Source: Escherichia phage T4. Taken from it: a DNA stretch of 64,000 nt. Under the pieces are notes generated by a model that worked only from the letters and a program-made list of their open reading frames with translations, did not search any database and had not been told where the DNA came from. The stretch lies in the sequence record MZ375356.1; one strand, written 5' to 3'. Below are positions 10,359-21,117 of the stretch, in pieces. Each line of letters opens with the position of its first letter. The first letter of the stretch is position 1. Both the position numbers and the translations under genes were made by a program.

Positions 10359-10700
10359 TCAATCACAAGATGTAGATGAACAACTAGAATCACAAGAACT
10401 TCCACATGAATCACCTGCCCATACATGAACAGGAACATTAGTATCATATGAATCAGAACTAGACTGTGTATTCTGTGTGTTAGATGATGTAGTAGGTGTT
10501 GACCAGCGCCAAGGATTTTTATAATATTCTTGGGCTTCTTCATAAGTCATAGTAACTGCTTCTACTGTTCCATCTCCCATATAAACATATTCAACTACAG
10601 TTAAAGGAAGGTAGTCATTTGAAATAGGAACTACACCTTCCCCAGGAGTTGTAGAGAAAAAATCCGTAAAGAAACTTTTAAACCAATTAAAGATAAACAT
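10359..10700 (-). CDS. hypothetical protein, 113 aa, hydrophobic N-terminus and Cys/Ser-rich C-terminus
   Basis: C-terminal CGSSCDSSCSSTSCD. Confidence 0.4.
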   Translation of the reverse strand: MFIFNWFKSFFTDFFSTTPGEGVVPISNDYLPLTVVEYVYMGDGTVEAVTMTYEEAQEYYKNPWRWSTPTTSSNTQNTQSSSDSYDTNVPVHVWAGDSCGSSCDSSCSSTSCD

Positions 10701-10906
10701 TACAAAAAGCCTCTTTTGAATTCGACTTGCTTCTCACCATAATCATATCGAATCTCTGCATTAAATTCGACAGAACCATCTGCGTACATCATAAATGAAT
10801 GCACAACAACTTCTGTAGACCATGGTTGTAGTTCATATTTCTTCATTACATGTCGTGAAATGATAATATCTAAATCTTCATTTGGTTTAATCCAACGATT
10901 TAACAT
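10700..10906 (-). CDS. hypothetical protein, 68 aa
   Basis: ORF track; early promoter upstream. Confidence 0.4.
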   Translation of the reverse strand: MLNRWIKPNEDLDIIISRHVMKKYELQPWSTEVVVHSFMMYADGSVEFNAEIRYDYGEKQVEFKRGFL

Positions 10907-10933
10907 AGTACTCTCCTCTATAAGATAATTCTA

Positions 10934-10969
10934 TTATACCATACTCATTTTGGAAAGTAAACCATTTAA
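10934..10969 (-). promoter_or_regulatory. T4-type early promoter
   Basis: Minus strand GTTTAC...TGGTATAAT upstream of ORF 10700..10906. Confidence 0.5.
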
Positions 10970-10978
10970 ATGAAAAAA

Positions 10979-10996
10979 GGACTCCCGAAGGAGTCC
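10979..10996 (-). terminator. CUUCGG-type hairpin after soc
   Basis: Transcript GGACUCCUUCGGGAGUCC immediately after the soc stop. Confidence 0.5.
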
Positions 10997-11004
10997 TTGA
11001 GTTA

Positions 11005-11247
11005 TTAACCAGTTACTTTCCACAAATCTTCATTTGCAGCAATCCATTCAGTACGTTGATTTTCTTCATATACTGTAGAATATGCTGCTTTTTCTGAAGG
11101 GAATGTCTGGTAATGAGCGCCAGAAATTTTGTGAACGTCAGAATAAAGAGGGAAAGCTACAGAAATTTCCTTTCCTTCAATTTTCTTATTTCCATCTAAT
11201 TTCTGCTCAAATGTTTTGATATTAACATAACCGCGAGTACTAGCCAT
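11005..11247 (-). CDS. soc: small outer capsid protein Soc
   Basis: 80 aa MASTRGYVNIKTFEQKLDG...; late promoter upstream. Confidence 0.9.
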   Translation of the reverse strand: MASTRGYVNIKTFEQKLDGNKKIEGKEISVAFPLYSDVHKISGAHYQTFPSEKAAYSTVYEENQRTEWIAANEDLWKVTG

Positions 11248-11273
11248 AATTCTCCTTTATTTAAATTACATGA

Positions 11274-11281
11274 TTATTTAT
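11274..11281 (-). promoter_or_regulatory. late promoter TATAAATA for soc
   Basis: Minus strand TATAAATA about 35 nt upstream of soc ATG. Confidence 0.55.
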
Positions 11282-11948
11282 ACATCTTCTTTTCTGAATA
11301 AGTAAATTAAATTCTTAAGAGCCGAACTTGTTACATCATATTTTCCTTTAAGCGCCTTTACAACCGGGCCTGTTGCTGGTTTACCTAAAGAAACCCATAA
11401 CTCGTGTATTTCGCTTTTAAGTGGTTCATGCCAATGCGGTGCTTTTCTTTGCGCCCTTGAAGTTCCTTCTGAAATCTTTTTATTTCCGCCATTCGAATAA
11501 AACTTTTTCATTACTTCAGATTGCCGAGCTTTTCTTTCTGCCCTATTTTGGGCTATACGTTGTGAATTCTTCATCCGAGTTTTTGTTTCAGGATTGTTTA
11601 ATCTAAGTTTATGTTCTAATCGTTGTTGCTCAGTCCATTTTCTTCCTTCTCCACCCTGACCACCAGGAGAAATATTAATGCAAGTATCTGGGTGTTTACG
11701 TTTTAATGCAGATTAGCTCACGTTCAACTTCATATGATTTTTCTCTAGAACCATGGCATTTTGACCATCGTATTTTATAATTAAATCCATACTTACGATA
11801 TATGTTCCATAGTATTTTACCTGAACCCGGATATTTATCATTATATGGATTTACAATAAATGATTCATGTTTCCCAGCGTACCAAAAGACGCCTTTCGGC
11901 GTCCTAACTTTTACTATATGTTCTATAAAATTTTTGTTTAATATCCAT
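11278..11948 (-). pseudogene. segF: GIY-YIG homing endonuclease-like gene (segF position), frame-disrupted
   Basis: ATG at 11948 gives MDIKQKFYRTYSKS*; GIY-YIG-like segment in next frame; C-terminal ORF 11278..11574 in a third frame; two +1-type shifts at A-runs. Confidence 0.55.
11881..11903 (-). terminator. GNRA hairpin plus U-tract inside the 5' end of the segF-like gene
   Basis: Transcript GACGCCGAAAGGCGUC followed by UUUUGG, about 45 nt after the segF-like ATG. Confidence 0.35.
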
Positions 11949-12453
11949 TATCTTGACGTTCAAAATTATGTTTGTTCTTCAGATAATAAAGTTTAAAGAT
12001 TTCTTCCGCATTCATTCCAAGGCCAACAAACATATTTAATACGAAATGAAATATATCCACAAGCTCAAATTTAATTTCGAGCTGGTCTTCGGGGGACATT
12101 TCATCAATGCGTTTTTCTTGCGCTTCAATATAACGTGCTTTCCATTTTTTCCATACAGCAGAAGCTTCTTTTTCACCACGTGACATTTCACCAAGAGAAG
12201 TCAGAAGTTCGCGGAATTCATCATCAATACAGTCTTTTTGTTCACGCATCCAAGAAACAACATCACCGGCAGTTTCTAATTTATCTGGATGATAGCAGTA
12301 TTCGCGGACATTAGCCAAACGAATCTGTAAAGACCGCTGCATATCAAGCATAACTTGCAGCGGATCTTTTTCATCACCGAGAATATCCCAGTATTCATTT
12401 TGAGCTTTATCAACACCTTCGATCAAATGAGCACATTCATTAAAGTGAGCCAT
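11938..12453 (-). CDS. 56: dCTPase/dUTPase gp56
   Basis: 171 aa from MAHFNECAHLIEG; track ORF starts 5 codons earlier. Confidence 0.85.
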   Translation of the reverse strand: MAHFNECAHLIEGVDKAQNEYWDILGDEKDPLQVMLDMQRSLQIRLANVREYCYHPDKLETAGDVVSWMREQKDCIDDEFRELLTSLGEMSRGEKEASAVWKKWKARYIEAQEKRIDEMSPEDQLEIKFELVDIFHFVLNMFVGLGMNAEEIFKLYYLKNKHNFERQDNGY

Positions 12454-12480
12454 TAGTTTTCCTTTCAATTCATTAATAAG

Positions 12481-13279
<799 letters not shown>

Positions 13280-13579
13280 ATTCTCTCATTTATTGCAGCA
13301 AAAATGAATTATACAATTCTTCATCATATGTATTTGATAGTAATACTAACACGTTTTGCGATAAATATTAATTTAAAGGAGGATATGGTACAAAAATTAA
13401 TGGCACTTGTTAATGCCATAAAAGGTAATAAGAAACGTATAGCTTTTACTTTCTGCTATGGTAGGAATTTTACTCTGGAACTTTATTTTATCACCTGTTG
13501 CAATTGCACATGGTGTTAATATTCCAGTAGTTACTCTTGATACATTCGTAGATTTAGCATTTGCTTTAGTTGGGTTAAT

Positions 13580-14608
13580 TTAAATCTTAGCATATTTAGA
13601 TAGCCGCATTTTAGCCATTAACCCCTGGGCAATATTATTTTTCATATATTCCATAATTTGTTCAGGGGTTGCACCTTCCTTTCTAATCATATCATTAACA
13701 TCTTTTGATTTCCAGGGAGATTTATCCCAAAACATAACCCTTTCTCCTGCATCAACTAATTTAGTCATTCGTTTAATAGTGTCAGGGTGACGAGGTTCAT
13801 TATCTAAGACCCACACACGTCTATCTTTAAATGGAACAACTTCTAGGTCTAATTGACCGCCCGTAATAGCTATACCATTTTCAATAAAAAGTGAATCTAT
13901 AGGTCCTTCTAGAACATATACATCACCATCTTTAACTCGTTCGACTCCATAGATTTTTGTTGCCTCAGGATAAGCTTTGATGGTGATATATTTTTGAGGA
14001 GCATCTTTCTTTAATGCACGTCCTTGAAAAGACTCAGCTTTTCCATTAGCATTATAAATTGGAATAACAAGACGAGGCTCAGAAATTTCCTTTTTGTATG
14101 TTCCCGGTGCTATGCTATTAACTAATTTAGGCCATTCGGTTGTAAACCAAAGATATTTCCATTTATCCTTTGGAATACAACGAGCTTTTACGTATTTTAT
14201 AATTGGATGGTCTTCCGCCAGTTTATCTAATCTAACACATGACGGAAGAGATTTAATTATTTTCTTCTCGGGTTGTTTAGGAAGTTCTTTAGGTTTTTCT
14301 ATTGGACGACTTTTACCTTTTTCTTTTCTTATTTCAAAGATATACTCACGATATAAATCGGGTTCAAACTCCTTTAAATATATTCCGATTGGTGCATGAT
14401 AGTTACAGTTATAACAATGAATATTTCCTTCATTATTATCACCATAATACCATCCACGGGCTTTATTCTGGTCGGTTTTTGAATCTCCACAAACAGGGCA
14501 TCTAAACCGTAATTTAAAAGTTGAACTATTATTTACTTGTGTGAATTTAGGTAAATGAGCTAATGCACGGTATGCAAACTCATTATCAATCCAAGGTATT
14601 GATGACAT
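13580..14608 (-). CDS. 61: DNA primase gp61
   Basis: 342 aa; zinc-finger CPVCGDS...CYNCNYH; synteny next to 41. Confidence 0.9.
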   Translation of the reverse strand: MSSIPWIDNEFAYRALAHLPKFTQVNNSSTFKLRFRCPVCGDSKTDQNKARGWYYGDNNEGNIHCYNCNYHAPIGIYLKEFEPDLYREYIFEIRKEKGKSRPIEKPKELPKQPEKKIIKSLPSCVRLDKLAEDHPIIKYVKARCIPKDKWKYLWFTTEWPKLVNSIAPGTYKKEISEPRLVIPIYNANGKAESFQGRALKKDAPQKYITIKAYPEATKIYGVERVKDGDVYVLEGPIDSLFIENGIAITGGQLDLEVVPFKDRRVWVLDNEPRHPDTIKRMTKLVDAGERVMFWDKSPWKSKDVNDMIRKEGATPEQIMEYMKNNIAQGLMAKMRLSKYAKI

Positions 14609-14610
14609 TT

Positions 14611-14775
14611 TTACTCTTCTTTTTCTTTAGATTCCTCTTTTTTCTTTTTAGGAATCTGTTCAGGACCTTTATTTACTACAGCGCCTGATGTTGTTCCAGT
14701 AGAGATATTTTCAGGATTACCACCTGAATCTCCAGCGACCATATCTTCTTTGATAAATTCTTTAAATGTTTTCAT
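14611..14775 (-). CDS. hypothetical protein, 54 aa (61.1 position)
   Basis: MKTFKEFIKEDMVAG...; below track cutoff; translated by hand. Confidence 0.4.
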   Translation of the reverse strand: MKTFKEFIKEDMVAGDSGGNPENISTGTTSGAVVNKGPEQIPKKKKEESKEKEE

Positions 14776-14776
14776 A

Positions 14777-15403
14777 TTAACCTCTATTCATAAAAGCATT
14801 AAAAATTTGGTCATCAATAGAAACATTTACTTTAGGCTGTTTTTCAGATGGCAATTCATATCCACATATTACAATTTTATGATCAATATCAAAATACACA
14901 GAAGCAATATGATTAATGATATTTTCAGTAAAGTCTAAATCAACATCAATATCTTTTTGACCAAAGCCCAAAGGATAAATAATGCGAGTAATTCGATTAT
15001 CTTTAACAAAGATTCCACCGACATACTCTGTGCTGCGTTTAAAGTCTACACGCCGACGAAATGAAAAATATTCAGGCTCTTTATGAGCTCGGCTCATAGG
15101 ACACAACGAATAACTAGAATAAGAGATGTCAAATCCTACGCCTTCAATATGAACTAAATTGTCATGATTAAACCAATTATAATCATATGCCAAGTCCATT
15201 AGATTGTCATATGTGAAAGGCACCGGATTAACATCATTGGTCACAAGCATATAATTAGCAACTGCTATAATTTCATTATTTTTAACGAATACAAACCGTG
15301 ATTGATGCGAATGGCCTGGACCTGCGTTTTCACGATTAATGATATAACACTGGGCACCTTTATATTTGTACGTGTCTTTACACTTGTGCATTTGATAAAG
15401 CAT
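14777..15403 (-). CDS. hypothetical protein, 208 aa (61.2 position)
   Basis: ORF track. Confidence 0.5.
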   Translation of the reverse strand: MLYQMHKCKDTYKYKGAQCYIINRENAGPGHSHQSRFVFVKNNEIIAVANYMLVTNDVNPVPFTYDNLMDLAYDYNWFNHDNLVHIEGVGFDISYSSYSLCPMSRAHKEPEYFSFRRRVDFKRSTEYVGGIFVKDNRITRIIYPLGFGQKDIDVDLDFTENIINHIASVYFDIDHKIVICGYELPSEKQPKVNVSIDDQIFNAFMNRG

Positions 15404-15696
15404 TATTCACCTACCACTTCAGCGATGATATTTTTGTTATTAAAGTTTTTATCGCAATACAGAACATAATTATACTGCATTACACCACCAGACTTAAGCT
15501 GTTTTTGCACTTCAGCTTTCATTTCAGGACGATCACGCTTAACGATATTCATAATATCTGCTTCAATTTGAGTTTCAACCTCAGTCTGATCCGCAGTCAT
15601 AGACCATTCGCACAAATCTTTATCATAACCTGCCATAGCAGGCTGAGCAGCACAAGAAGCTAAAGCAAAAATTGTAGCAAAGATGAATTTTTTCAT
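15403..15696 (-). CDS. sp: periplasmic protein with signal peptide, spackle-like
   Basis: 97 aa; N-terminal signal/lipobox LASCAAQPAMA; position 61.3. Confidence 0.6.
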   Translation of the reverse strand: MKKFIFATIFALASCAAQPAMAGYDKDLCEWSMTADQTEVETQIEADIMNIVKRDRPEMKAEVQKQLKSGGVMQYNYVLYCDKNFNNKNIIAEVVGE

Positions 15697-15756
15697 GATA
15701 ATCTCCTCAGTAGTTTATGTTTATATAGTATCTCAATTTCCAACAAAAGTAAACAG

Positions 15757-16056
15757 TTATTTTAAAATTTCTGCGTAATCACATGTTACAAACTGTTTCT
15801 CTAACTTGACGATTTTACGAAAGTATCTTTTGCATTGGCGAATCTGCCTCTTCGTAGGGCGAACAGCAAACTTAATAAATTCCACTCGACCAAATGGAGG
15901 GCTTTCTTCTGCTGGAATATCTAACACCAATTCCCACGTATCTGCAATAAGTGCTTTGAATTGCGTATTTTTCCTGACGTTATACGGAGTAGGTTTAAAT
16001 AAAACAATATGCATATTATCCTCGGCAATCCACTTCACATACTTTCTTGTCATCAA
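15757..16056 (-). CDS. hypothetical protein, 99 aa
   Basis: ORF track. Confidence 0.4.
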   Translation of the reverse strand: MMTRKYVKWIAEDNMHIVLFKPTPYNVRKNTQFKALIADTWELVLDIPAEESPPFGRVEFIKFAVRPTKRQIRQCKRYFRKIVKLEKQFVTCDYAEILK

Positions 16057-16198
16057 TGAAAGCTTTAACTAATGCTTTATTAACTTCAGCATATTGAGTA
16101 GTAGCCCATTGAACGTCATCTTTCATCATTGTGATTTCTTTAGTAAACATGCTTTCATTCTTAAACCACCCCATAAAAACTACCTTTACCAATTCCAT
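16016..16198 (-). CDS. dmd: small protein, 60 aa, Dmd-like
   Basis: Size and position immediately downstream of gene 41. Confidence 0.5.
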   Translation of the reverse strand: MELVKVVFMGWFKNESMFTKEITMMKDDVQWATTQYAEVNKALVKAFIDDKKVCEVDCRG

Positions 16199-16256
16199 AA
16201 CAATCTCCTCATTTAACCGACAAGACTACTATACCATAGTCTTGTCAGCTTGTAAA

Positions 16257-17684
16257 CTAAAATTTTAATTCATTCGCCAAAGCATCTAACTGAGCTCGAG
16301 TCGATTCATTTCTTTGATAGCGATTCTGCTCAGCCTGAATCTGTTGTGAACCTGCTACTTCGTTCACTTCAGTTGGAGTAGAATCTTGTTCAATTTCTAC
16401 CCATTTTTGATTTCCTTTTTGAACACCCATCAAAAACTTATTCCACTTATTCTTATCACCATATCGTGATTTGATTTGCTTAATGAGTTGTTGTTCAGCA
16501 GCTGCTAGCTCCTCGGTTTCAATGACCGCAAGCATAAAATCGGCTGTTGCTGGAAGACCGGCAGATTCTGCAATATCGCTCATGTTAACATCGGAAGAGT
16601 CCCAAGCTTGTTTACCAACCTGTGCTGCAGTCCAAAGAACAGTTTCGGTTTCAACAGCCAGAGCACGTAATTCCTCTGCAATAGCTTTAACAGTTGTGTA
16701 ACTATTTTCTGAATAAACTCTAATGCGGCAAGATTTACAAATACCTAGATAGTCGACAATAATGATTGTTGGAACAAAATTCTTCTTGAGCTTCAATTCG
16801 TTTAAAAGTGATCGAAATGTATTAGCGTCTGCTCCACCAGTAGGATACTGTTTAACGATTAAACGACCAAGAGTAGATTTCTCACGCCATTTTTCCATTT
16901 TTCCTTTATACTCAGCGTAAGAAATATGCCCATCATCAATGTCATCAAGAGAAACATCAAGCATATTAGCGTCAATACGTTTAGCACAGACTTCTTCTGC
17001 CATTTCCATGGAAATGTAAAGAACATTATGTCCGAGCTGTAAATAATCTGCCGCTAATGAACACAATCCTAATGATTTACCAACGTTAACGCCAGCCATT
17101 AAAACGTTCAGTGTTCCAGTTTCAGCTCCGCCTTTCGTAATTTTGTTCAGAATTCTGAGTTTAAATGGAACCTTACGAGCTTTATTCATATAAGATAGCC
17201 AACGTGCTTCGTAGTCATCCATCCAATCATGACCAACGTAACTATCAAATGAAATTGATAATGCCTGGCGCATGATGTCAGGAATAGCACCAACATCCGG
17301 CATTTTCTTATTTCGTTTTTCCGGAGGAAGCTCAGCATTAGTTTGAATTTCGATTATTTTAGACGTAGCATTAAACATCGCCCTTTGCTGAACATATTTT
17401 TCTGTTTCTTTTACTAACCAGCTGTGGTCTTCCGGAGAATCAGCCAGTTTTGAAATAAGTGTTTTTACACCAGAATATTCTGTTTCAGTAAATGAACTAT
17501 TTTCTAATGCAACATTTAACGCATTAATAGATGGAACGCTATGGTACTCATTAACATGAGATTTAATTAATTTGAATGTATTTTTAGCTGGACCACTTTC
17601 AAAATATTCTGAATCCATATATGGCCAAACTTTTGAAAAATAAGCTTGATCAAATATGAGATGAGAAAGAATAATTTCTACCAC
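16257..17684 (-). CDS. 41: replicative DNA helicase gp41 (DnaB-like)
   Basis: 475 aa; Walker A GVNVGKS; RecA-like core. Confidence 0.9.
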   Translation of the reverse strand: MVEIILSHLIFDQAYFSKVWPYMDSEYFESGPAKNTFKLIKSHVNEYHSVPSINALNVALENSSFTETEYSGVKTLISKLADSPEDHSWLVKETEKYVQQRAMFNATSKIIEIQTNAELPPEKRNKKMPDVGAIPDIMRQALSISFDSYVGHDWMDDYEARWLSYMNKARKVPFKLRILNKITKGGAETGTLNVLMAGVNVGKSLGLCSLAADYLQLGHNVLYISMEMAEEVCAKRIDANMLDVSLDDIDDGHISYAEYKGKMEKWREKSTLGRLIVKQYPTGGADANTFRSLLNELKLKKNFVPTIIIVDYLGICKSCRIRVYSENSYTTVKAIAEELRALAVETETVLWTAAQVGKQAWDSSDVNMSDIAESAGLPATADFMLAVIETEELAAAEQQLIKQIKSRYGDKNKWNKFLMGVQKGNQKWVEIEQDSTPTEVNEVAGSQQIQAEQNRYQRNESTRAQLDALANELKF

Positions 17685-17693
17685 ACTTACTCC

Positions 17694-18056
17694 TTAAAAG
17701 AATTTAAATTTTTTCTTTGACCTTTTATTAAATGCATCTTGCAGTTGCATTGTAATACATTTTTCTACATGAGGAGCTAACTCAGCTTTTCTTTCTTGGT
17801 CAAGAACAGCAAAGTCCATTACAACCTTTCCATCAACCCAATCCAGTTTAGTTACATACACTATATGCGTAGAACCATCTTCTAGTTTAATGACAATCTC
17901 CTGGATAACATTTTCCATAGCAGATTTAATTATCTTAAGAGACTCATTAAAAAGACGTTCTTTTCTTTCTTCTTCCCCCTCCGAAGAGGGGGATTCATCG
18001 ATAATTTCTAGATCTAAATCTAAATCATCTTTATTCATTAAATTCTTCCATATCAC
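17694..18056 (-). CDS. 40: gp40-position protein, 120 aa
   Basis: Located between uvsX and 41; acidic N-terminus. Confidence 0.5.
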   Translation of the reverse strand: MIWKNLMNKDDLDLDLEIIDESPSSEGEEERKERLFNESLKIIKSAMENVIQEIVIKLEDGSTHIVYVTKLDWVDGKVVMDFAVLDQERKAELAPHVEKCITMQLQDAFNKRSKKKFKFF

Positions 18057-19206
18057 TTAGCTGTTCGAGGTCAGTTTCTAAATCAGCAGCTGATTTACTT
18101 TTACTTTCTGGAGATTTAAATTTTTCAACCTTTGAGTTAATCAATTCATCAACTTCAGCTTCAACAATTTCATTACTATCAATAGCACCTAACTGATAAG
18201 CACGTTTAATAGCATCTCGGAATGGTTGATGCTTAAATAAAGGACCCCAGAATGTAGTGCAGTTGGTATCTTTTGCACGCCAAGATTTTTCTTCGCGAAT
18301 CATCTCGCCAGTTTCTTCGTCAAGAAATTCACGAGCATACCAGCCATTTTTAGGTTTTACCACGAATCCTAATTCTAGAGCCATATCTAACAATCCAGAA
18401 TAAGGATCGATACCACCGTCAAATTTAACATCAATAAAGAATTTACTTTTTTCTTTAACGGTACGAGATTTTTCTACATTTAGAACAAATTGATACCCCT
18501 GAAGATCAGAACCATCTTTAATCTGGCGTTTACCGATAATGAATACGGTATCAGCCGAATACATCGGTCCAGTACCACCTCCCATAACTGTTTTACTAAA
18601 CATTTCTTGTGTTTCGTATGTATGGTTAATAGCAATACATGGAATATTTTTAGTACTAAAATAGGGAGTTACGATACGAAATAAGCTTTTCATTGTTTTA
18701 GCTCTAGTCATATCACTAACAACTTTTTCATTTAAAGCATCTTCAGTTTCTTTCTTAGAAGCTAAGTTACCAAGTGAATCGATAAAAACGACTACCTTTT
18801 CGCCGCGTTCAATTGCATCCAATTGATTAACCATGTCAATACGTAATTGCTCAAGTGATTGAACCGGAGTATGAATTACTCGTTCTGGATCGACTCCCAT
18901 AGACCGCAAATAAGCAGGAGTAATACCAAATTCACTATCATAAAACAAACATACTGCATCAGGATATTGACGCATGTAAGATGACACCATTGTTAATCCA
19001 AAGTTTGATTTAAATGATTTTGATGGACCTGCCAAAATTAACAGACCAGATTGCATACCACCAGTAATTTCACCAGAAAGTGCAATATTCATCATAGGAA
19101 TTTTTGTTCGAACTACATCTTTTTCATTAAAGAATTTAGATGCTGTTAATTCTGCAGTCAATTTAGAAGTAGAAGCTTTAATCAAACGAGATTTTAAATC
19201 AGACAT
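18031..19206 (-). CDS. uvsX: UvsX recombinase (RecA-like)
   Basis: 391 aa from MSDLKSRLIKAS...; the open frame continues 68 codons upstream with no stop (track ORF 18031..19410). Confidence 0.85.
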   Translation of the reverse strand: MSDLKSRLIKASTSKLTAELTASKFFNEKDVVRTKIPMMNIALSGEITGGMQSGLLILAGPSKSFKSNFGLTMVSSYMRQYPDAVCLFYDSEFGITPAYLRSMGVDPERVIHTPVQSLEQLRIDMVNQLDAIERGEKVVVFIDSLGNLASKKETEDALNEKVVSDMTRAKTMKSLFRIVTPYFSTKNIPCIAINHTYETQEMFSKTVMGGGTGPMYSADTVFIIGKRQIKDGSDLQGYQFVLNVEKSRTVKEKSKFFIDVKFDGGIDPYSGLLDMALELGFVVKPKNGWYAREFLDEETGEMIREEKSWRAKDTNCTTFWGPLFKHQPFRDAIKRAYQLGAIDSNEIVEAEVDELINSKVEKFKSPESKSKSAADLETDLEQLSDMEEFNE

Positions 19207-19874
19207 ATAATACCTTAGTAGTGTTCTTGTTCCACGAAATACTTCGAGCATTCTTGCATAAGATTTATTTGGAAATCCAGCTTCAATTGCTAATTTTTTA
19301 AGCTTAATAGCACCGGGTTTTCCAGAGTTTTCCCATATTTCTTTAATCTTTTCAATGTTATCCCACATTATTGGGTCACGTTTATGTGATGGTTTATTTC
19401 TATTAACCATATGGATTATTAAGCAAAGCTTCTTTTCGTTTTGCTTTAGTTTCTTCTGACTGCTTTTTGCCTAGCTGGGCTTTCCGGCAAACATCACTAA
19501 ATCCAAGATGTTTTGGTTTTCCTTTTTGAGCTTTTGAAATTTTTTCTTTGGTTTCTGATGAAACTCTATAACCAATTCTTCTACCACCCTCTCCACCAAT
19601 TTTTAAATTATAAGTCATAGGATCATTTACCACATCTATTGTTACTAATTCTCTTTCAGCATCACGGGCTGATTTAAAATCTTTATAAAACCCAAGAATG
19701 CTTAAATTAAAATTTTTCTTACCATACTTTTTCTTGGCTTGTGCTAATAAAGTTCCTGATCCCATATAACCATCATTTAAATCATCGGTTGAATGAGTTC
19801 CATAGTAAATTTTATTATTAACTAAATTAGTTATAACATAAGTATAATTATTTCTTTTCTTTATGTCTTTTCAT
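19207..19874 (-). pseudogene. segA: GIY-YIG homing endonuclease-like gene (segA position), frame-disrupted
   Basis: ATG at 19874 gives MKRHKEKK*; next frame YVITNLVNNKIYYGTHSTDDLNDGYMGSG plus NUMOD-like SEETK repeats; C-terminal HTH-like segment lies in the uvsX frame. Confidence 0.55.
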
Positions 19875-20038
19875 GTCATTAATCAACTGCTATTCGATGA
19901 ACTTCTCTCTTTTCTAATCAATATAACAAAAGAAGTCCCAAAAAGCAAACAGACCTAAACCGATAATAAGCAATAAAGGTCCTAACATTTATTCCACCGG
20001 TTAAAGATAAATAACTTTCTAATAATAGTTCATAATTT

Positions 20039-21094
20039 TTATAAATCAATAGCTTTTTTGAACGCATCTTGCCATTCGGCTTTCTTTGCACGGGTTTTAT
20101 TTAAAATATCATGTTGAATAGAAAGCATCTCTTTACGCAAAACATCACTGTGTTTTAACTCATTGACTCTATCAATGAGTTCAGCACGATTATTTACATA
20201 AAAACGAGCATCATTAATAATTCGATGTTTGGTATCAAATTCTTCGTCAATTAGCATCACTGCATCAGATGCCATTGTTTCCCAGACGCGTAAGGTAATA
20301 AAGTTGTCATTATAATTCTTGTCACCAATAATTAATGCAGCAATAGCTTGACTATTCTTTTCAGATACCATGTTCATAGGAATTTTTCCAGTGAACACCG
20401 GAGCTTTGGTCCAAGGATATTTAGGATTTTTAAACTGTTTTTCTCGTGCATTGCCAAAAAACTCAATATTTAAACCGGTGTCAAATAAGAATTCTACCAT
20501 CTTGGATTCGCGTTGACCGGACCGAAATGAACCGCCATAAATAACATCCAAAGTTTTCTTGGTAGGCTTAGATAATTGAAAATCGTTCATATGAATTTTA
20601 TATTGTTCAATAGGAAAATATTCAAATTCAATAACATTATCAACTTTCTTATGCGCAGCCTTAGCAATGTCTAAATTTATACCTTGGGAAATCACTTTAA
20701 TTGGTGATTTAATTAATAGCTCTTCTTCAGTGTACAAATATGCCCATGGTCTATTTTTAACATTTGGCCAAGACTGCGAAAACGGCAAACGTATATCTGT
20801 AAATAAATAATAAATTTTACTTTTGTATTTTGCCATAAATTTTTGCGCAGATAAAATTGCTAAATTAGGTTTACCGCCAAAAAAGTTAATAGAAGAATTA
20901 ACAACTATCAAACGGTCATAATCATTAACATCTACTTCATCAAAAGATTTAGTGTAAACACCATTTTTAAGAGAAATAATGTCGACATTAAGACCCATTT
21001 CAGAAATAACTTTAAAAAGATAAATAGTTTCAGAAGATGGAACAGTTTTAAAATTAATAACATTATTACCCATATTAATTATAGCAATTTTCAT
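20039..21094 (-). CDS. bgt: DNA beta-glucosyltransferase
   Basis: 351 aa MKIAIINMGNNVINFK...; synteny between uvsX and 42. Confidence 0.85.
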   Translation of the reverse strand: MKIAIINMGNNVINFKTVPSSETIYLFKVISEMGLNVDIISLKNGVYTKSFDEVDVNDYDRLIVVNSSINFFGGKPNLAILSAQKFMAKYKSKIYYLFTDIRLPFSQSWPNVKNRPWAYLYTEEELLIKSPIKVISQGINLDIAKAAHKKVDNVIEFEYFPIEQYKIHMNDFQLSKPTKKTLDVIYGGSFRSGQRESKMVEFLFDTGLNIEFFGNAREKQFKNPKYPWTKAPVFTGKIPMNMVSEKNSQAIAALIIGDKNYNDNFITLRVWETMASDAVMLIDEEFDTKHRIINDARFYVNNRAELIDRVNELKHSDVLRKEMLSIQHDILNKTRAKKAEWQDAFKKAIDL

Positions 21095-21117
21095 ATTATT
21101 CCTTTTATGTTAAACGA

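Noticed and set aside
13280-13579. Plus-strand ORF 13304..13519 (71 aa) in the dam-gene 61 intergenic region
   Set aside because: Only GGAGG with a 2-nt spacer to the ATG, hydrophobic low-complexity product, no plus-strand promoter; the region more likely holds regulatory sequence for the minus-strand early unit.
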